Part shown: piece by piece, positions 1 through 10,444 of the stretch
Numbering within the stretch: position 1 is the stretch's first letter
Layout of the letters: the number at the start of each line of letters is the position of its first letter
Sequence record: SRR16203515_1144
Length of the DNA: 51,183 bases
Reading direction: 5' to 3' (one strand)
Translations under genes and position numbers: made by a program
Notes under the pieces: model-generated
The model's input: the letters and a program-made list of their open reading frames with translations, nothing else
The model's database searches: none
What the model was told of the DNA's origin: nothing

Positions 1-2
1 AT

Positions 3-101
3 CAATCATGCCCCATCGAAGACGCCGAAAAAATCGGAACAGAAATGGCAAGAAAAATCATAAACAATACTCCAAACAACTTCTTCGAATGGAAAAACTA
101 G
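3..101 (+). CDS. hemC: 3' end of probable hydroxymethylbilane synthase (porphobilinogen deaminase), partial
   Basis: Frame from nt 3 reads QSCPIEDAEKIGTEMARKIINNTPNNFFEWKN* (TAG 99-101), resembling the Rhodobacteraceae HemC C-terminus (..G.EMA..LL.....FFDW). Only 32 codons are visible. Confidence 0.6.
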   Translation, partial: QSCPIEDAEKIGTEMARKIINNTPNNFFEWKN

Positions 102-105
102 GGCT

Positions 106-906
106 TTAGTGGGCGGGTGCAGAGACCGCATCCAATAGGCCACGCCCACCGTCAACGGTCACGACCTGACCCGTGACGAAACGCGACGCGTCGGATGCCA
201 AATACTGAACTGTGTCCACAATTTCATTTGCAGATGCGATCCACCCGATTGGCGTGTGCTCTTCGATGTCTTTGCGCATATCTGGGTTTTCTTTTAGGGT
301 CGCTTGCAAACTTGCCGACATAAGCGATGCGAAGGCCACAGCATTCACACGAATACCACTGCCCGCATATGCAAGTGCCAAAGACCGTGTCATTTGATCC
401 AGCGCTGCAGTCGACACAGAATAGCCCAATAATTCGGGTTGCGCCCTTTGTGCAGCCAAGGAACTTAGGTTTACGATCGTTCCGATGCATTCATCATCCC
501 GCACCTCGACATGTTGTTTCATTCGTTTGGCAACAGCTTGTGATAAACGCAGAGCTGTTAGAACGTTTTGCTCAAACAGCGTTTCAATACTGCTATCTTT
601 ATGATCAAATGCATCGGTTGGGATAACCTGACGCGAGGCATTGACCAATATATCAATCTGATCAAATGCATCGACAGTCGCCGACAACAAATTCGCCACC
701 GTTAGGCGTTCTCGTAAATCACCCGCGAAATACGTGACATTTTCTTGCTCCGCGATGTCTTCAATTTCTTTCTTAAGGCGCTTTTCGTCCATATCTGCGA
801 AAACCACATTGGCACCCTGTTCAACAAAATGCCGCGCAATGGCAAGTCCGATCCCATTCGCTGCACCTGTGACGATTGCGGTTTTACCGTCAATTGAAAA
901 ACTCAT
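106..906 (-). CDS. SDR family NAD(P)-dependent oxidoreductase
   Basis: TGAANGIG Rossmann motif, YSVST at the YxxxK position, C-terminal TGQVVTVDGG; AGGAG RBS upstream. Confidence 0.9.
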   Translation of the reverse strand: MSFSIDGKTAIVTGAANGIGLAIARHFVEQGANVVFADMDEKRLKKEIEDIAEQENVTYFAGDLRERLTVANLLSATVDAFDQIDILVNASRQVIPTDAFDHKDSSIETLFEQNVLTALRLSQAVAKRMKQHVEVRDDECIGTIVNLSSLAAQRAQPELLGYSVSTAALDQMTRSLALAYAGSGIRVNAVAFASLMSASLQATLKENPDMRKDIEEHTPIGWIASANEIVDTVQYLASDASRFVTGQVVTVDGGRGLLDAVSAPAH

Positions 907-932
907 CTTACACTCCTTGGGGTGCCAGTGAT

Positions 933-1913
933 CTACATTCCAGCTTTTCGCTTTGGTTTAGAGGCATACAAAACTTTAAAGCGATTGTCTTTGGTTACTT
1001 CGCTCATGTTTTGGAACAATTCATTTAAAGTTTGCTCATACGGCAAATGGCGATTGGCCACGATGTAACAATCGCCCTGCGGTTTCAGCGATTTCACAGC
1101 TGTTTTGATGAAATCTATTCCGATCCCAGGATCAGCCTTACCAAAATTATGGAACGGCGGATTCATGACAATTGTATCTAAAGCCTTATCTGCGCGCCAC
1201 ACCGTTGCGTCCGCCCAAACGAATTCAACCTTGTCCGAAGAAACATTCACCCGCGCTATTTCAATCGCGCGATAATCCGCCTCGACGGCGATAACGCGCT
1301 TTGTGGGCATTTCGATAAGATTTCGTGTCAAGTACCCCCAACCCGCACCTAAATCGGCAACGTTTCCAGTTAACCGAGGCAGTTCAGAGAGCAATAGTTC
1401 AGACGCAGGGTCAGCCACATCCGCGGAAAAAACACCCGCAACGGTTTTAAAATCATTTTCTAGCGAATTTGGACTGTCAAAATAATCCGATAAGTTCACT
1501 TCGCCTGTAAACCATGCAATTTTACCATGCGCCTTTGAGACCGCGCCCCCAAGCGATGTGCGTTTTCGAATGTCTTTCAGAATGGGGTCAATGCCCGCAT
1601 CCTTTTGCCCATCAACAATCACCAATCCGCTGTTTGTGCATTTTTGTGCCGTGGCAATCAAGTGCCGCGAAAGCGCTTTTGCTTTGGGCAGTAGCACTAC
1701 GGCCACGTCAAAATCCGATTGCATCGATTGCACCACATCATATCCCGCAGCCTGTAGAGCCGTGACCGAAGGCGCGAATGTTTGATAAATGACTGGTTTT
1801 AGATGTTTCAGCGCCGCAATTTGTTGAGGGGTCTCGGCGTTAAAAACAATCCAACTTTTTCCCTCCTGTTGCGCGAACTCATCCTCTACAAACTGAAAAC
1901 GTGTACTGAACAA
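933..1913 (-). CDS. Class I SAM methyltransferase, RsmC/MTS-like (16S rRNA m2G1207 family)
   Basis: DLGAGWG SAM-binding motif, NPPFH motif, VANRHLPYE, GVFSAD. TTG start at 1913 chosen to avoid overlap with clpS (ORF track starts at 1946). Confidence 0.8.
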   Translation of the reverse strand: MFSTRFQFVEDEFAQQEGKSWIVFNAETPQQIAALKHLKPVIYQTFAPSVTALQAAGYDVVQSMQSDFDVAVVLLPKAKALSRHLIATAQKCTNSGLVIVDGQKDAGIDPILKDIRKRTSLGGAVSKAHGKIAWFTGEVNLSDYFDSPNSLENDFKTVAGVFSADVADPASELLLSELPRLTGNVADLGAGWGYLTRNLIEMPTKRVIAVEADYRAIEIARVNVSSDKVEFVWADATVWRADKALDTIVMNPPFHNFGKADPGIGIDFIKTAVKSLKPQGDCYIVANRHLPYEQTLNELFQNMSEVTKDNRFKVLYASKPKRKAGM

Positions 1914-1924
1914 CGCTGGCCTGT

Positions 1925-2266
1925 CTATTCTTTTTCCATCGTGCACTGCAATGGATGCTGGTGACGGCGCGCATAATCCATAACCTGCGCAACCTTTGTT
2001 TCAGCGATTTCGTGACTGAAAACACCGACAACGGCAACACCTTTTTTATGAACGGTCAGCATAATCTCAAAGGCCTGAGCATGATTAAGGCCAAAAAACC
2101 GTTCAAGCACAATAACCACAAACTCCATTGGTGTGTAGTCATCATTCAGCAACAAAACTTTATACAATGGGGGCCGTTTTGTGCGCGTTTTGGGCTTTAC
2201 CAAAACGTCTGCGTCACCCTCATCATTTTTGTCGTCGCTTAATTTGTGCGCATATAGATCCAACAA
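1925..2266 (-). CDS. clpS: ATP-dependent Clp protease adaptor ClpS
   Basis: [25 protein letters not shown] and HPLQCTME signatures. Confidence 0.97.
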   Translation of the reverse strand: MLDLYAHKLSDDKNDEGDADVLVKPKTRTKRPPLYKVLLLNDDYTPMEFVVIVLERFFGLNHAQAFEIMLTVHKKGVAVVGVFSHEIAETKVAQVMDYARRHQHPLQCTMEKE

Positions 2267-2575
2267 ATCTACATCCCTAATTCAAGTTATGCCGAACGCT
2301 TTATATAGGTCATGAACACCAAAGTAAAAGCGATAGTGGCACGATAAGTTCAACCACGAAACCACGATTGCAAATCACAAAAGATCGACGACACCAGAAC
2401 GCAGAACCTATTAACGCAATTTGTGGTTTTACAAATGGCTACCCCAATATGTTGATCAAACTATACTAATTTTCCCAAAAATCGTTGAATCATAGCACTT
2501 TATCCAAAGAACTAAATGTGATACAAATTATGCAAGCGCCAAAATAGGCGCATGAGGCAGTAAAGGAAATCTATC

Positions 2576-3976
2576 GTGTTCAGACGGCTAACATCGCCGG
2601 GCTTGGTCGTGGTGCGTATGCTTACCACGCTTGTTGCGATCATCTTCACAACTCATCTTGTTTGGGCTGCACCCTATGCGGCAATGGTTATGGACGCGCG
2701 CAGTGGAAAAGTGCTGCATGCTGAAAATGCAGATACACGGCTTCATCCTGCGTCGCTCACAAAAATGATGACCTTGTACGTGGTGTTCGAGGCCGTTGAA
2801 AATGGCGAAATATCTTTGGATACAAAGGTACGGATTTCCAAGAAAGCTGCCGCTGAACCTCCATCAAAGCTTGGATTACGCTCGGGCCAACGCATTAAAC
2901 TGCGGTATTTGATCCGCGCAGCCGCCGTGAAATCGGCAAATGACGCAGCCACAGCATTGGGCGAGGCGATTGAAGGATCAGAGGCAGCCTTTGCTCGGCG
3001 CATGAACCGCACGGCCAAGGCGCTTGGGATGAAACGAACAACGTTTAAAAATGCGCATGGCCTTACCGAAAAGGGGCATCTTTCTACGGCGCGTGATATG
3101 ACCATCCTAGGGCGCCATCTGTTTTATGATTATCCCGATTACTACAATTTGTTCTCGCGCATCCACACACATGCAGGACTGCGCGAGGTTGCAAATACCA
3201 ACCGCCGTTTTTTGGGAAATTACCGCGGCGCTGATGGGATCAAAACGGGATATACCCGCGCTGCGGGTTTCAACCTTGTTGCCTCTGCTGAACGGGGTCA
3301 AGAGCGCATTATTACAACCGTTTTTGGTGGGCGTTCCACAGCGACACGGAACAAACGCGTTGCGCAGTTGATGGACAAAGGGTTCAAATTAGCGCCAAGC
3401 CGCGTAGCCGTTCAAAAACCTGCGCGCCCTGACTATTCCATTACCTCAACGGATACGGGTTCGCGACTTGCCGGGAAAACGGTACGCGTCAAAACAAACC
3501 GCCCATACAGTCCACGCCCAAAACTGCGCCCCGCTGCGAAAATTCAACTTGCGACCAGCGATCTTAAAAGCGGGATCGAAAGTGCGCTCAGCGAGGCGCA
3601 AAATGTACGAATTGAAGTCGAGCAATCACCTGCAGCACAGGCAACGCCGATATCGGTGAATATCGCGACCATCGATACAACCGGCGCAATTGCCGAAAGT
3701 TTGGGACCAACAGTTGTTAGTCGATTATCAACATCCAATGGCGGTCATTGGGGGATCAACGTTGGACGCTTTAATACACGATATGCGGCTGAAAAAATGC
3801 TATTGAAAACGGCACTTGCCGAAATTGATACACTCGACGGATCCTTGCGTAAAGTGCACCAAAGCAGACAAGGGTTTGAAGCGACATTCCTTGGGCTAAG
3901 CGAAGCGCGCGCGCTTCAGGCCTGCACGCGGCTAAGCGCACGCAATATCAAATGTTCGACGATTTCACCTGGTTAG
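2576..3976 (+). CDS. D-alanyl-D-alanine carboxypeptidase (peptidase S11) with C-terminal SPOR-like domain
   Basis: PASLTK (SxxK), SAN (SxN) and KTG motifs, N-terminal signal/TM segment, C-terminal WGINVGRF SPOR-like region. Exact start uncertain. Confidence 0.92.
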   Translation: MFRRLTSPGLVVVRMLTTLVAIIFTTHLVWAAPYAAMVMDARSGKVLHAENADTRLHPASLTKMMTLYVVFEAVENGEISLDTKVRISKKAAAEPPSKLGLRSGQRIKLRYLIRAAAVKSANDAATALGEAIEGSEAAFARRMNRTAKALGMKRTTFKNAHGLTEKGHLSTARDMTILGRHLFYDYPDYYNLFSRIHTHAGLREVANTNRRFLGNYRGADGIKTGYTRAAGFNLVASAERGQERIITTVFGGRSTATRNKRVAQLMDKGFKLAPSRVAVQKPARPDYSITSTDTGSRLAGKTVRVKTNRPYSPRPKLRPAAKIQLATSDLKSGIESALSEAQNVRIEVEQSPAAQATPISVNIATIDTTGAIAESLGPTVVSRLSTSNGGHWGINVGRFNTRYAAEKMLLKTALAEIDTLDGSLRKVHQSRQGFEATFLGLSEARALQACTRLSARNIKCSTISPG

Positions 3977-4130
3977 GTTTTGGGTTTTGATCCCAAGTTC
4001 CTGACAAAATACGTTCAGCGTTTCCGGCAGGATCGTCATATTGTTGGGTACGTAGAGTGAATAAGAACGCGCCCAAACCAACACCGCCCAAGAAAAGCGA
4101 GATGGGTATCAGAAATAGTAATATATCCAT
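3948..4130 (-). CDS. ccoS: cbb3-type cytochrome oxidase assembly protein CcoS/FixS (orphan)
   Basis: MDILLFLIPISLFLG..GLGAFLF..QYDDPAGNAERIL is the FixS/CcoS signature. Start overlaps the ccoI remnant stop (TAATG). Confidence 0.9.
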   Translation of the reverse strand: MDILLFLIPISLFLGGVGLGAFLFTLRTQQYDDPAGNAERILSGTWDQNPKPNQVKSSNI

Positions 4131-4429
4131 TAACGTATCCTTAGTGCATTCAGCGTGACACTGATGGATGATAACGACATTGCCAAAGCCGCAATCAGGG
4201 GCGTGGCAAATCCTGCAATCGCAACTGGTCCCGCGATTACGTTATAAAATGTTGCTATCCGAAAATTCTCTGTAATGCGCTTTTGTAATGCTTTGGCCAA
4301 TGGGATTAAACCGACCAGTTAGTCAAGGTTTTCACTCAAAAACACAATGTCCGACGCGTTGCGTGCTGCGTCCAATGCGCGGGATGGCGAGATAGAAACA
4401 TGCACCTCACACAATGCTGCAGTGTTATG
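4130..4429 (-). pseudogene. ccoI: 3' remnant (~100 codons) of P1B-type ATPase CcoI/FixI with internal stop
   Basis: Manual translation: HNTAALCEVHVSISPSRALDAARNASDIVFLSENLD*LVGLIPLAKALQKRITENFRIATFYNVIAGPVAIAGFATPLIAALAMSLSSISVTLNALRIR*. YN and AMxxSS copper-ATPase TM motifs; in-frame TAA at 4319-4321; no 5' part. Confidence 0.9.
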
Positions 4430-4652
4430 TCAGTTTCAAGCGCGTATTTCAGATATTTGCGATCATCACGACATACATCCAACCGCGTTGATTGATCGGT
4501 TTGAACAGGTAAATGCGCGCTTTGAAAACCTTCTGAATGTCACTGAAACAGGGCTTCTCATTCCACCCCAAGCGCAGCCATTGACCCGCATGATTGCGCG
4601 CCAATTTGACACCTATTCCTTGTCAGACACCGGTCACAGTTACGCGACCTAA
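4422..4652 (+). pseudogene. hemN: 3' remnant of oxygen-independent coproporphyrinogen III oxidase HemN
   Basis: VLCQFQARI...[33 protein letters not shown] resembles the Rhodobacteraceae HemN C-terminus (LMCDF..I..PLTRMIAR.FDAY...GHS.AI). The radical-SAM core is absent. Confidence 0.8.
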
Positions 4653-6232
4653 ATCATTGCAGCGTCAACCAACGCCTTGGTGTATTTGGTCGAAGGGTTC
4701 GTAAATATTTGTTCCGCATCCCCTTCTTCAATGATGTCCCCACGCTTCATCACCATCACACGGTGGGACATGGCGCGTACAACATTTAGGTCATGACTGA
4801 TAAAGATATAAGCCAAACCATACCTACGCTGCAAATCGCGCAACAAATCGACAATTTGAACCTGTACCGTCATATCCAAAGCCGAGGTGGGCTCATCCAG
4901 AATAACCAGTTTGGGGCGCAGAACCATCGCACGCGCGATTGCGATGCGCTGCCGCTGCCCACCCGAAAATTCGTGTGGATAGCGATGCATCATGGCAGGG
5001 TCCAGGCCCACCTCGACCATAATATCGCGCACCTTTTGTTCGATCGCAGCTTCATCCCCGATGCGGTGTACCTTTAAGCCCTCTGCAATCACCTGCGCGC
5101 AAGTCATGCGAGGAGAGAGCGAGCCATAGGGGTCCTGAAAAACAATCTGCATATCTTGGCGTAAATTCCGCAATTCGCGCTTCGATAGCTGAGCGAGCGA
5201 GCGCCCATCAAATTCGGCCTGTCCCTCAAACGAAATCAAACGCATCAACGCCATCGCAATTGTTGATTTGCCCGAACCACTTTCACCAACGATCCCAAGT
5301 GTTTCGCCCGTGCGCAACTCAAAGTTTGCCTCGTTCACGGCCTTCACATGGCCAACCGTACGACGCAGCAATCCCCGCTGAATTGGAAACCAAATACGCA
5401 TTTTATCGGCCCGCGCGACGACGGGTGCATCCGGATGAATTTCATCGGGTGCCCCAATGGCATGTGCAGACAGCAATTTTTGCGTATAAGGGTGTTGTGG
5501 CGACGTGAACACCTTTTCAACGGTGTCATGTTCCACAATATCCCCATCTTTCATCACATACACACGATCTGCAATTTTGCGCACCACCGCCAAATCATGG
5601 GTGATGAACAACATGGCCATGTTTTCTTTTTCTTTCAGATCATTCAGCAAATCCAATATCTGTGCCTGAATAGTTACATCTAGGGCCGTTGTCGGCTCAT
5701 CCGCGATAAGCAGTTTGGGACCATTCGCCAGTGCCATCGCGATCATCACACGCTGTCGTTGTCCACCAGAGAGTTGGTGTGGATAATCAGATAGCCGTGT
5801 TTCTGCGTCCTGAATGCCGACACGTTCCAGCAACTGCAAAATCCTCGCACGCGCAGCGGTACCTGTGACCCCCTGATGAAGTTCCAATGACTCGCGCAAC
5901 TGCTTTTCAATTGTGTGTAGCGGGTTAAGCGAGGTCATAGGTTCCTGGAAGATAAAGCTAACCTCATTTCCCCGCAACTGACGCAAAGTACCTTCGTCGT
6001 GTTCCGATATGTCCTGACCGTTATACTGTGTTCTGCCAGAAATCTGTGCGCTGCGTCCCAACAGTTTCATCGAACTTAATGCTGTTACGGATTTTCCAGA
6101 ACCGCTTTCCCCAACCAAGGCAACGACTTCACCTGGACTGATATGATAACTGACCCCATTCACTACGGTCAGCGAACGACCCTCATGGGTAAAGGCGATG
6201 CTGAGATTTTCAACAGATAGAATAGGCGTCAT
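4649..6232 (-). CDS. yejF: Peptide ABC transporter, double ATPase subunit (YejF-like)
   Basis: Two GESGSGKS Walker A motifs, two (L/F)SGGQRQR signatures, DEPT motifs. Confidence 0.9.
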   Translation of the reverse strand: MTPILSVENLSIAFTHEGRSLTVVNGVSYHISPGEVVALVGESGSGKSVTALSSMKLLGRSAQISGRTQYNGQDISEHDEGTLRQLRGNEVSFIFQEPMTSLNPLHTIEKQLRESLELHQGVTGTAARARILQLLERVGIQDAETRLSDYPHQLSGGQRQRVMIAMALANGPKLLIADEPTTALDVTIQAQILDLLNDLKEKENMAMLFITHDLAVVRKIADRVYVMKDGDIVEHDTVEKVFTSPQHPYTQKLLSAHAIGAPDEIHPDAPVVARADKMRIWFPIQRGLLRRTVGHVKAVNEANFELRTGETLGIVGESGSGKSTIAMALMRLISFEGQAEFDGRSLAQLSKRELRNLRQDMQIVFQDPYGSLSPRMTCAQVIAEGLKVHRIGDEAAIEQKVRDIMVEVGLDPAMMHRYPHEFSGGQRQRIAIARAMVLRPKLVILDEPTSALDMTVQVQIVDLLRDLQRRYGLAYIFISHDLNVVRAMSHRVMVMKRGDIIEEGDAEQIFTNPSTKYTKALVDAAMI

Positions 6233-7338
6233 TTGAATGTCTTTCTTGGATCAAAGGCATCACGCACGCCTTCGAAAATAAAGACCAACAGGGCAAGCAT
6301 GATTGCAAAGGTAAAGAAGGCGGTGAACCCCAACCATGGCGCTTGTAGGTTTTGCTTGGCTTGCAATGTTAATTCACCGAGTGACGGCGCAGTTGTCGGC
6401 AGTCCAAAGCCCAAGAAATCCAAACTGGCCAATCCTGCAATGGTTCCTGTCACAATAAACGGTAGCATCGTTAACGTGGCAACCATGGCATTCGGCAGCA
6501 TATGGCGGAACATAATTGTCCAATCACCAACCCCCAATGCACGGGCGGCGCGGACGTATTCCAAATTACGGGCCCGCAAAAATTCCGCACGGACCACCCC
6601 AACAAGGCCCGTCCAACCAAACAGGATCATTAAAAAGACCAAGAGCCAAAAACTTCGCCCCAAGATCGCAAACATAATGATGATCACATATAGGGATGGA
6701 ACGGCGGCCCAAATTTCGATCACACGCTGTAGGATCAAATCGGTCAAACCACCAAAAAATCCCTGAATGGCCCCCATTATAATTCCAATGATACTGGATA
6801 AAGTCGTGACCAAAATTGTGAACAATATGGATAAACGGAACCCATAGATCACCCGCGCCAAAACGTCCCGTTTAGTATCATCTGTCCCTAATAAGTTTTG
6901 AGAATTTGGGGGCAGTGGTGCAGCACCGGGGCGATCAACAGGCGTGTTGTAGGAATATGGGATCAACGGCCACATTAACCAACCCTGTTCAAAATCAGCC
7001 CCTGGATAAGAACCTGCGGAAATTTCATCCATAATTTCATACGGGATGTCGAAACAATCGATTGCGCCACCCGATTTGATTAAACACTGAACCTCGGGGT
7101 CGCGATAAACCGCCTCTGTTTTGAAATCCCCGCCAAAGCGTGTTTCGGGATAGAAGTTGAAGATTGGCGTAAAATACTCACCCCGGTACTTCACCAAAAT
7201 GGGTTTATCATTGGCAATGAATTCTGCGCAGAGGGAAATCGCGAACAGGACACCAAAAATAATCAATGACCAAAATGCGCGTCCATTGGCACGGAAATTT
7301 TTCCAGCGGCGTTGGTTTAGTGGCGATAGTTTCATCAT
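6229..7338 (-). CDS. yejE: Peptide ABC transporter permease (YejE-like)
   Basis: [14 protein letters not shown] and [10 protein letters not shown] (EAA loop); in operon. Confidence 0.9.
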   Translation of the reverse strand: MMKLSPLNQRRWKNFRANGRAFWSLIIFGVLFAISLCAEFIANDKPILVKYRGEYFTPIFNFYPETRFGGDFKTEAVYRDPEVQCLIKSGGAIDCFDIPYEIMDEISAGSYPGADFEQGWLMWPLIPYSYNTPVDRPGAAPLPPNSQNLLGTDDTKRDVLARVIYGFRLSILFTILVTTLSSIIGIIMGAIQGFFGGLTDLILQRVIEIWAAVPSLYVIIIMFAILGRSFWLLVFLMILFGWTGLVGVVRAEFLRARNLEYVRAARALGVGDWTIMFRHMLPNAMVATLTMLPFIVTGTIAGLASLDFLGFGLPTTAPSLGELTLQAKQNLQAPWLGFTAFFTFAIMLALLVFIFEGVRDAFDPRKTFK

Positions 7339-8417
7339 CCCTCACGCCCTTCAAAATCGATACGTGGGTCCACAAAGACGTACATCAAATCCGATAAAAT
7401 CCCGATCACAAGGCCCATAAGCCCAAAAATGAATAACGTGCCAAAAATTACGGGGTAGTCGCGTGCGACGGCTGCTTCAAATCCAAGACGCCCTAAGCCA
7501 TCCAAAGAAAAGATGGTTTCAATAATTAAACTCGCCCCAAAGAACACACCGACAAAAACCGCTGGGAACCCAGCAATCACAATCAACATCGCATTTCGAA
7601 AAATATGGCCATAGAGCACACGCGATTCACTTAGTCCCTTGGCCTTAGCAGTCATCACATATTGCTTTTGAATTTCGTCCAAAAAGCTGTTTTTCGTCAA
7701 AAGCGTAAGTGTTGCAAACCCTGATATCGTCGAGGCGATAACGGGTAATGCGATATGCCAAAAATAATCCGCAATTTTACCCAACAGTGACAATTCAGCA
7801 AAGTTATCCGAATATAGCCCCCGCAGCGGAAAGATTTGATAATACGATCCACCTGCAAACAAAACCAACAGGATGATTGCGAACAAGAACCCTGGGATGG
7901 CATAGGCCATAATAATGATGCCACTGGTCCATGTATCGAACCGCGTTCCATCATTAACAGCCTTTCGAATACCCAACGGGATCGACACCAGATAGGCAAC
8001 TAGAGTCGACCATAGCCCCAATGAAATGGAAACTGGCATTTTTTCCAGAACCAATTCAATTACGCTGATAGAACGAAAATAGCTCTCTCCAAAATCAAGC
8101 CGAAGGTAGTTCCACATCATATCCAGAAACCGTTCAAGCGGTGGTTTATCGAAACCAAACTCTTTCTCAAGTTCCGCAATGAATTCGGGAGGAAGCCCAC
8201 GCGCACCTACATAATCCGTGTTCCCCGAACTATTGGCAGCGGTTTCAGAACCGCCGCCCGATATTGCTTCGAACACGTCTCCTTCGCCCTCTAAATTGGC
8301 AAGGATCTGTTCAATCGGCCCACCAGGGACGAATTGAACCAAGGCAAAGTTGATTACCATGATCCCCAGAAGCGTCGGAATAACCAGCAAGAGCCGGCGA
8401 AGGATGTAGGCGCCCAT
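7335..8417 (-). CDS. yejB: Peptide (microcin C) ABC transporter permease YejB
   Basis: [36 protein letters not shown]. Confidence 0.93.
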   Translation of the reverse strand: MGAYILRRLLLVIPTLLGIMVINFALVQFVPGGPIEQILANLEGEGDVFEAISGGGSETAANSSGNTDYVGARGLPPEFIAELEKEFGFDKPPLERFLDMMWNYLRLDFGESYFRSISVIELVLEKMPVSISLGLWSTLVAYLVSIPLGIRKAVNDGTRFDTWTSGIIIMAYAIPGFLFAIILLVLFAGGSYYQIFPLRGLYSDNFAELSLLGKIADYFWHIALPVIASTISGFATLTLLTKNSFLDEIQKQYVMTAKAKGLSESRVLYGHIFRNAMLIVIAGFPAVFVGVFFGASLIIETIFSLDGLGRLGFEAAVARDYPVIFGTLFIFGLMGLVIGILSDLMYVFVDPRIDFEGREG

Positions 8418-8420
8418 TGC

Positions 8421-10316
8421 TTACCTCAAAACGCCTTTGGCTTTCAGGTCGGCGGCTTTTTCGGCATTGTACCACCAGAAATCAAGATTACCCAATGCGA
8501 ATGGCGGCAATGTTTCTGGGTGTTCATACATGTTCCAATAGGCCACGCGATAGGCATCATTAAACCACTGCGGCACCCAGAAATAATAGGCCCGCAATGT
8601 GCGATCCAGCGCTTTGACCGAGGTTGCCAACTCTGCCTTGTTCTGGGCCTTCATCACATGCTCAATCAGAGCATCAACCGCCTCTGACTTTAGCCCCATC
8701 GAGTTAAACACGGACTGATCCGCAGTTTCCGATCCAAAATATTGTTTCAATCCTGATGAGGGCTCCAGCGACATTGGGAACTGATCAACCATCATATCGA
8801 AATCATAGTTGCGTGATCGGTCAGTCATCTGCGCAGGGTCGATGCGTGAATATATTGCATCTATTCCTGCTGCTTTAAGGTTATCGATGAATGGCAGGTG
8901 TACGCGATCAAATGTGGGGCTATCCTCGATGATTTCGATGGTTAGCGTTTCACCCGCCGCATTTCGGCGCAATCCATCATCCCCGACAGTCCAACCTGCT
9001 TCGTCCAGCAGTGCGCTTGCCTTGCGTAGATTTTTACGATCCAACGTGCGGTTACCAGAAACAGGGGCCACGACGGCCTCGCCATCAATCACACCTGCGG
9101 GCAAAAGGTCCGCGATGGGTTCCAACAGGGCAAGTTCCGCATCTGATGGCATGCCTTCTGCGGCCAATTCAGAGTTTTCCCAGAATGAATTTATGCGCGC
9201 GTATTGTCCGTAAAATAGGGACTCATTTGACCACTCAAAATTAAACAGCAATCCGACAGCCTGACGGACACGGATATCGTTAAATTTGTCGCGACGCAGA
9301 TTCATCACATAGCTTTGGCCAGTCGCCATTCCACCATCGGGCAACAGCGTTTTAATTACATGGCCTTCGTCAAGCGCAGGAAAATCATATGCAGTTGCCC
9401 ATGATTTTGACGAGTTCTCTTGTCTAAACGTGTAAGCACCTGATTTGAAACCTTCAAACGCTGCATTGGAATCCGCAAAATACTCAATGCGAATTGTGTC
9501 AAAGTTTCCGCGCCCTTTGTTGAATGGCAAACCCTTGCCCCAATAATCGGGATTGCGTTTATAAGTAATGCGTTTGTTAATATCATAGCTGTCTAACACA
9601 TATGGACCTGAACCGATTGCAGGCTCCATCCGTGATTCGTCTAGCTTTGCGCCAGTCTTTTCAAACCACGCCTTACTTTTCACAGGTAGTCCGCCAACGA
9701 TTGGAATCGCATCACGGCGCGACGCGTCATCAGCAAACGAATATTTGATACGATGCGGCCCCAAGATTTCCACGCCGGTCACGATTTGACCCAGGATTGC
9801 GCGGTAACTGGCCAATCCTTCGTTCAGGAATAATTCATAGGTGAAGGCCACGTCTTCTGCTGTCACAGGTGTGCCATCTGAAAAACGTGCCTCTGGGCGC
9901 ATATTGAAGATGACCCATGATTGATCCTCTGGATATTCCAAGGTTTCCGCCAACAATCCATAACTCGTTCCCACTTCATCTGACGTACCTTCAAGAAGTG
10001 ATTCGAACGGAGCAGAGGCAAGGGCACCAGCGCGCCCTTTACGTGTATAGGGGTTGAAACTATCAAAGGTTCCCATCGTCCAGATAGAAATTTCACCGCC
10101 TTTTGGCGCGTTGGGGTTCACATAATCAAGGTGTTTGTAATCCGCTGGATATTTCAATTCGCCAAAGAAATTGAAACCATGTGTTTTAGTAATCGCTTCA
10201 TCCGCGCGCAGGGACATTGCACCAAAAATAACCGCAAGCCCAATGGCAGATCCAACAACTATATTACGCAGTTTTGACGTATCGAAGGCTTTCGCCTGTA
10301 CCCTTGATTTTGTCAT
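8421..10316 (-). CDS. yejA: Extracellular solute-binding protein family 5 (YejA-like)
   Basis: LKYPADYKHLDYVNPNAPKGG, TFDSFNP, FSDGTPVTAEDV; signal peptide; first gene of the yej operon. Confidence 0.9.
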   Translation of the reverse strand: MTKSRVQAKAFDTSKLRNIVVGSAIGLAVIFGAMSLRADEAITKTHGFNFFGELKYPADYKHLDYVNPNAPKGGEISIWTMGTFDSFNPYTRKGRAGALASAPFESLLEGTSDEVGTSYGLLAETLEYPEDQSWVIFNMRPEARFSDGTPVTAEDVAFTYELFLNEGLASYRAILGQIVTGVEILGPHRIKYSFADDASRRDAIPIVGGLPVKSKAWFEKTGAKLDESRMEPAIGSGPYVLDSYDINKRITYKRNPDYWGKGLPFNKGRGNFDTIRIEYFADSNAAFEGFKSGAYTFRQENSSKSWATAYDFPALDEGHVIKTLLPDGGMATGQSYVMNLRRDKFNDIRVRQAVGLLFNFEWSNESLFYGQYARINSFWENSELAAEGMPSDAELALLEPIADLLPAGVIDGEAVVAPVSGNRTLDRKNLRKASALLDEAGWTVGDDGLRRNAAGETLTIEIIEDSPTFDRVHLPFIDNLKAAGIDAIYSRIDPAQMTDRSRNYDFDMMVDQFPMSLEPSSGLKQYFGSETADQSVFNSMGLKSEAVDALIEHVMKAQNKAELATSVKALDRTLRAYYFWVPQWFNDAYRVAYWNMYEHPETLPPFALGNLDFWWYNAEKAADLKAKGVLR

Positions 10317-10391
10317 AGCCTTCCTCCCGTGTTGGACATAAGGCTAGGGCGTTCAAGGGTCAGGTTCAATAGCGATAAAACAATAGTGAAC

Positions 10392-10424
10392 AAAAGAAAA
10401 AGCCGCACAACAAGGCGCGGCTTT
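10392..10424 (-). terminator. Intrinsic terminator after the cytochrome c gene
   Basis: AAAGCCGC/GCGGCTTT stem followed by a T-rich tract on the - strand. Confidence 0.75.
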
Positions 10425-10444
10425 GTCATAAATAGTGGTTAACC

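Noticed and set aside
2312-2347. Mini-ORF MNTKVKAIVAR as a remnant of a HAD hydrolase between clpS and the carboxypeptidase
   Set aside because: Too short; the DxD motif is absent.
2514-2528. AAATGTGATACAAAT resembling the GntR palindrome
   Set aside because: Needs an indel at the dyad centre; plausible by chance in AT-rich promoter DNA.
4347-4652. 101-aa ORF as a novel protein
   Set aside because: Chimera: the first ~25 codons are antisense ccoI sequence and the rest is the hemN tail.
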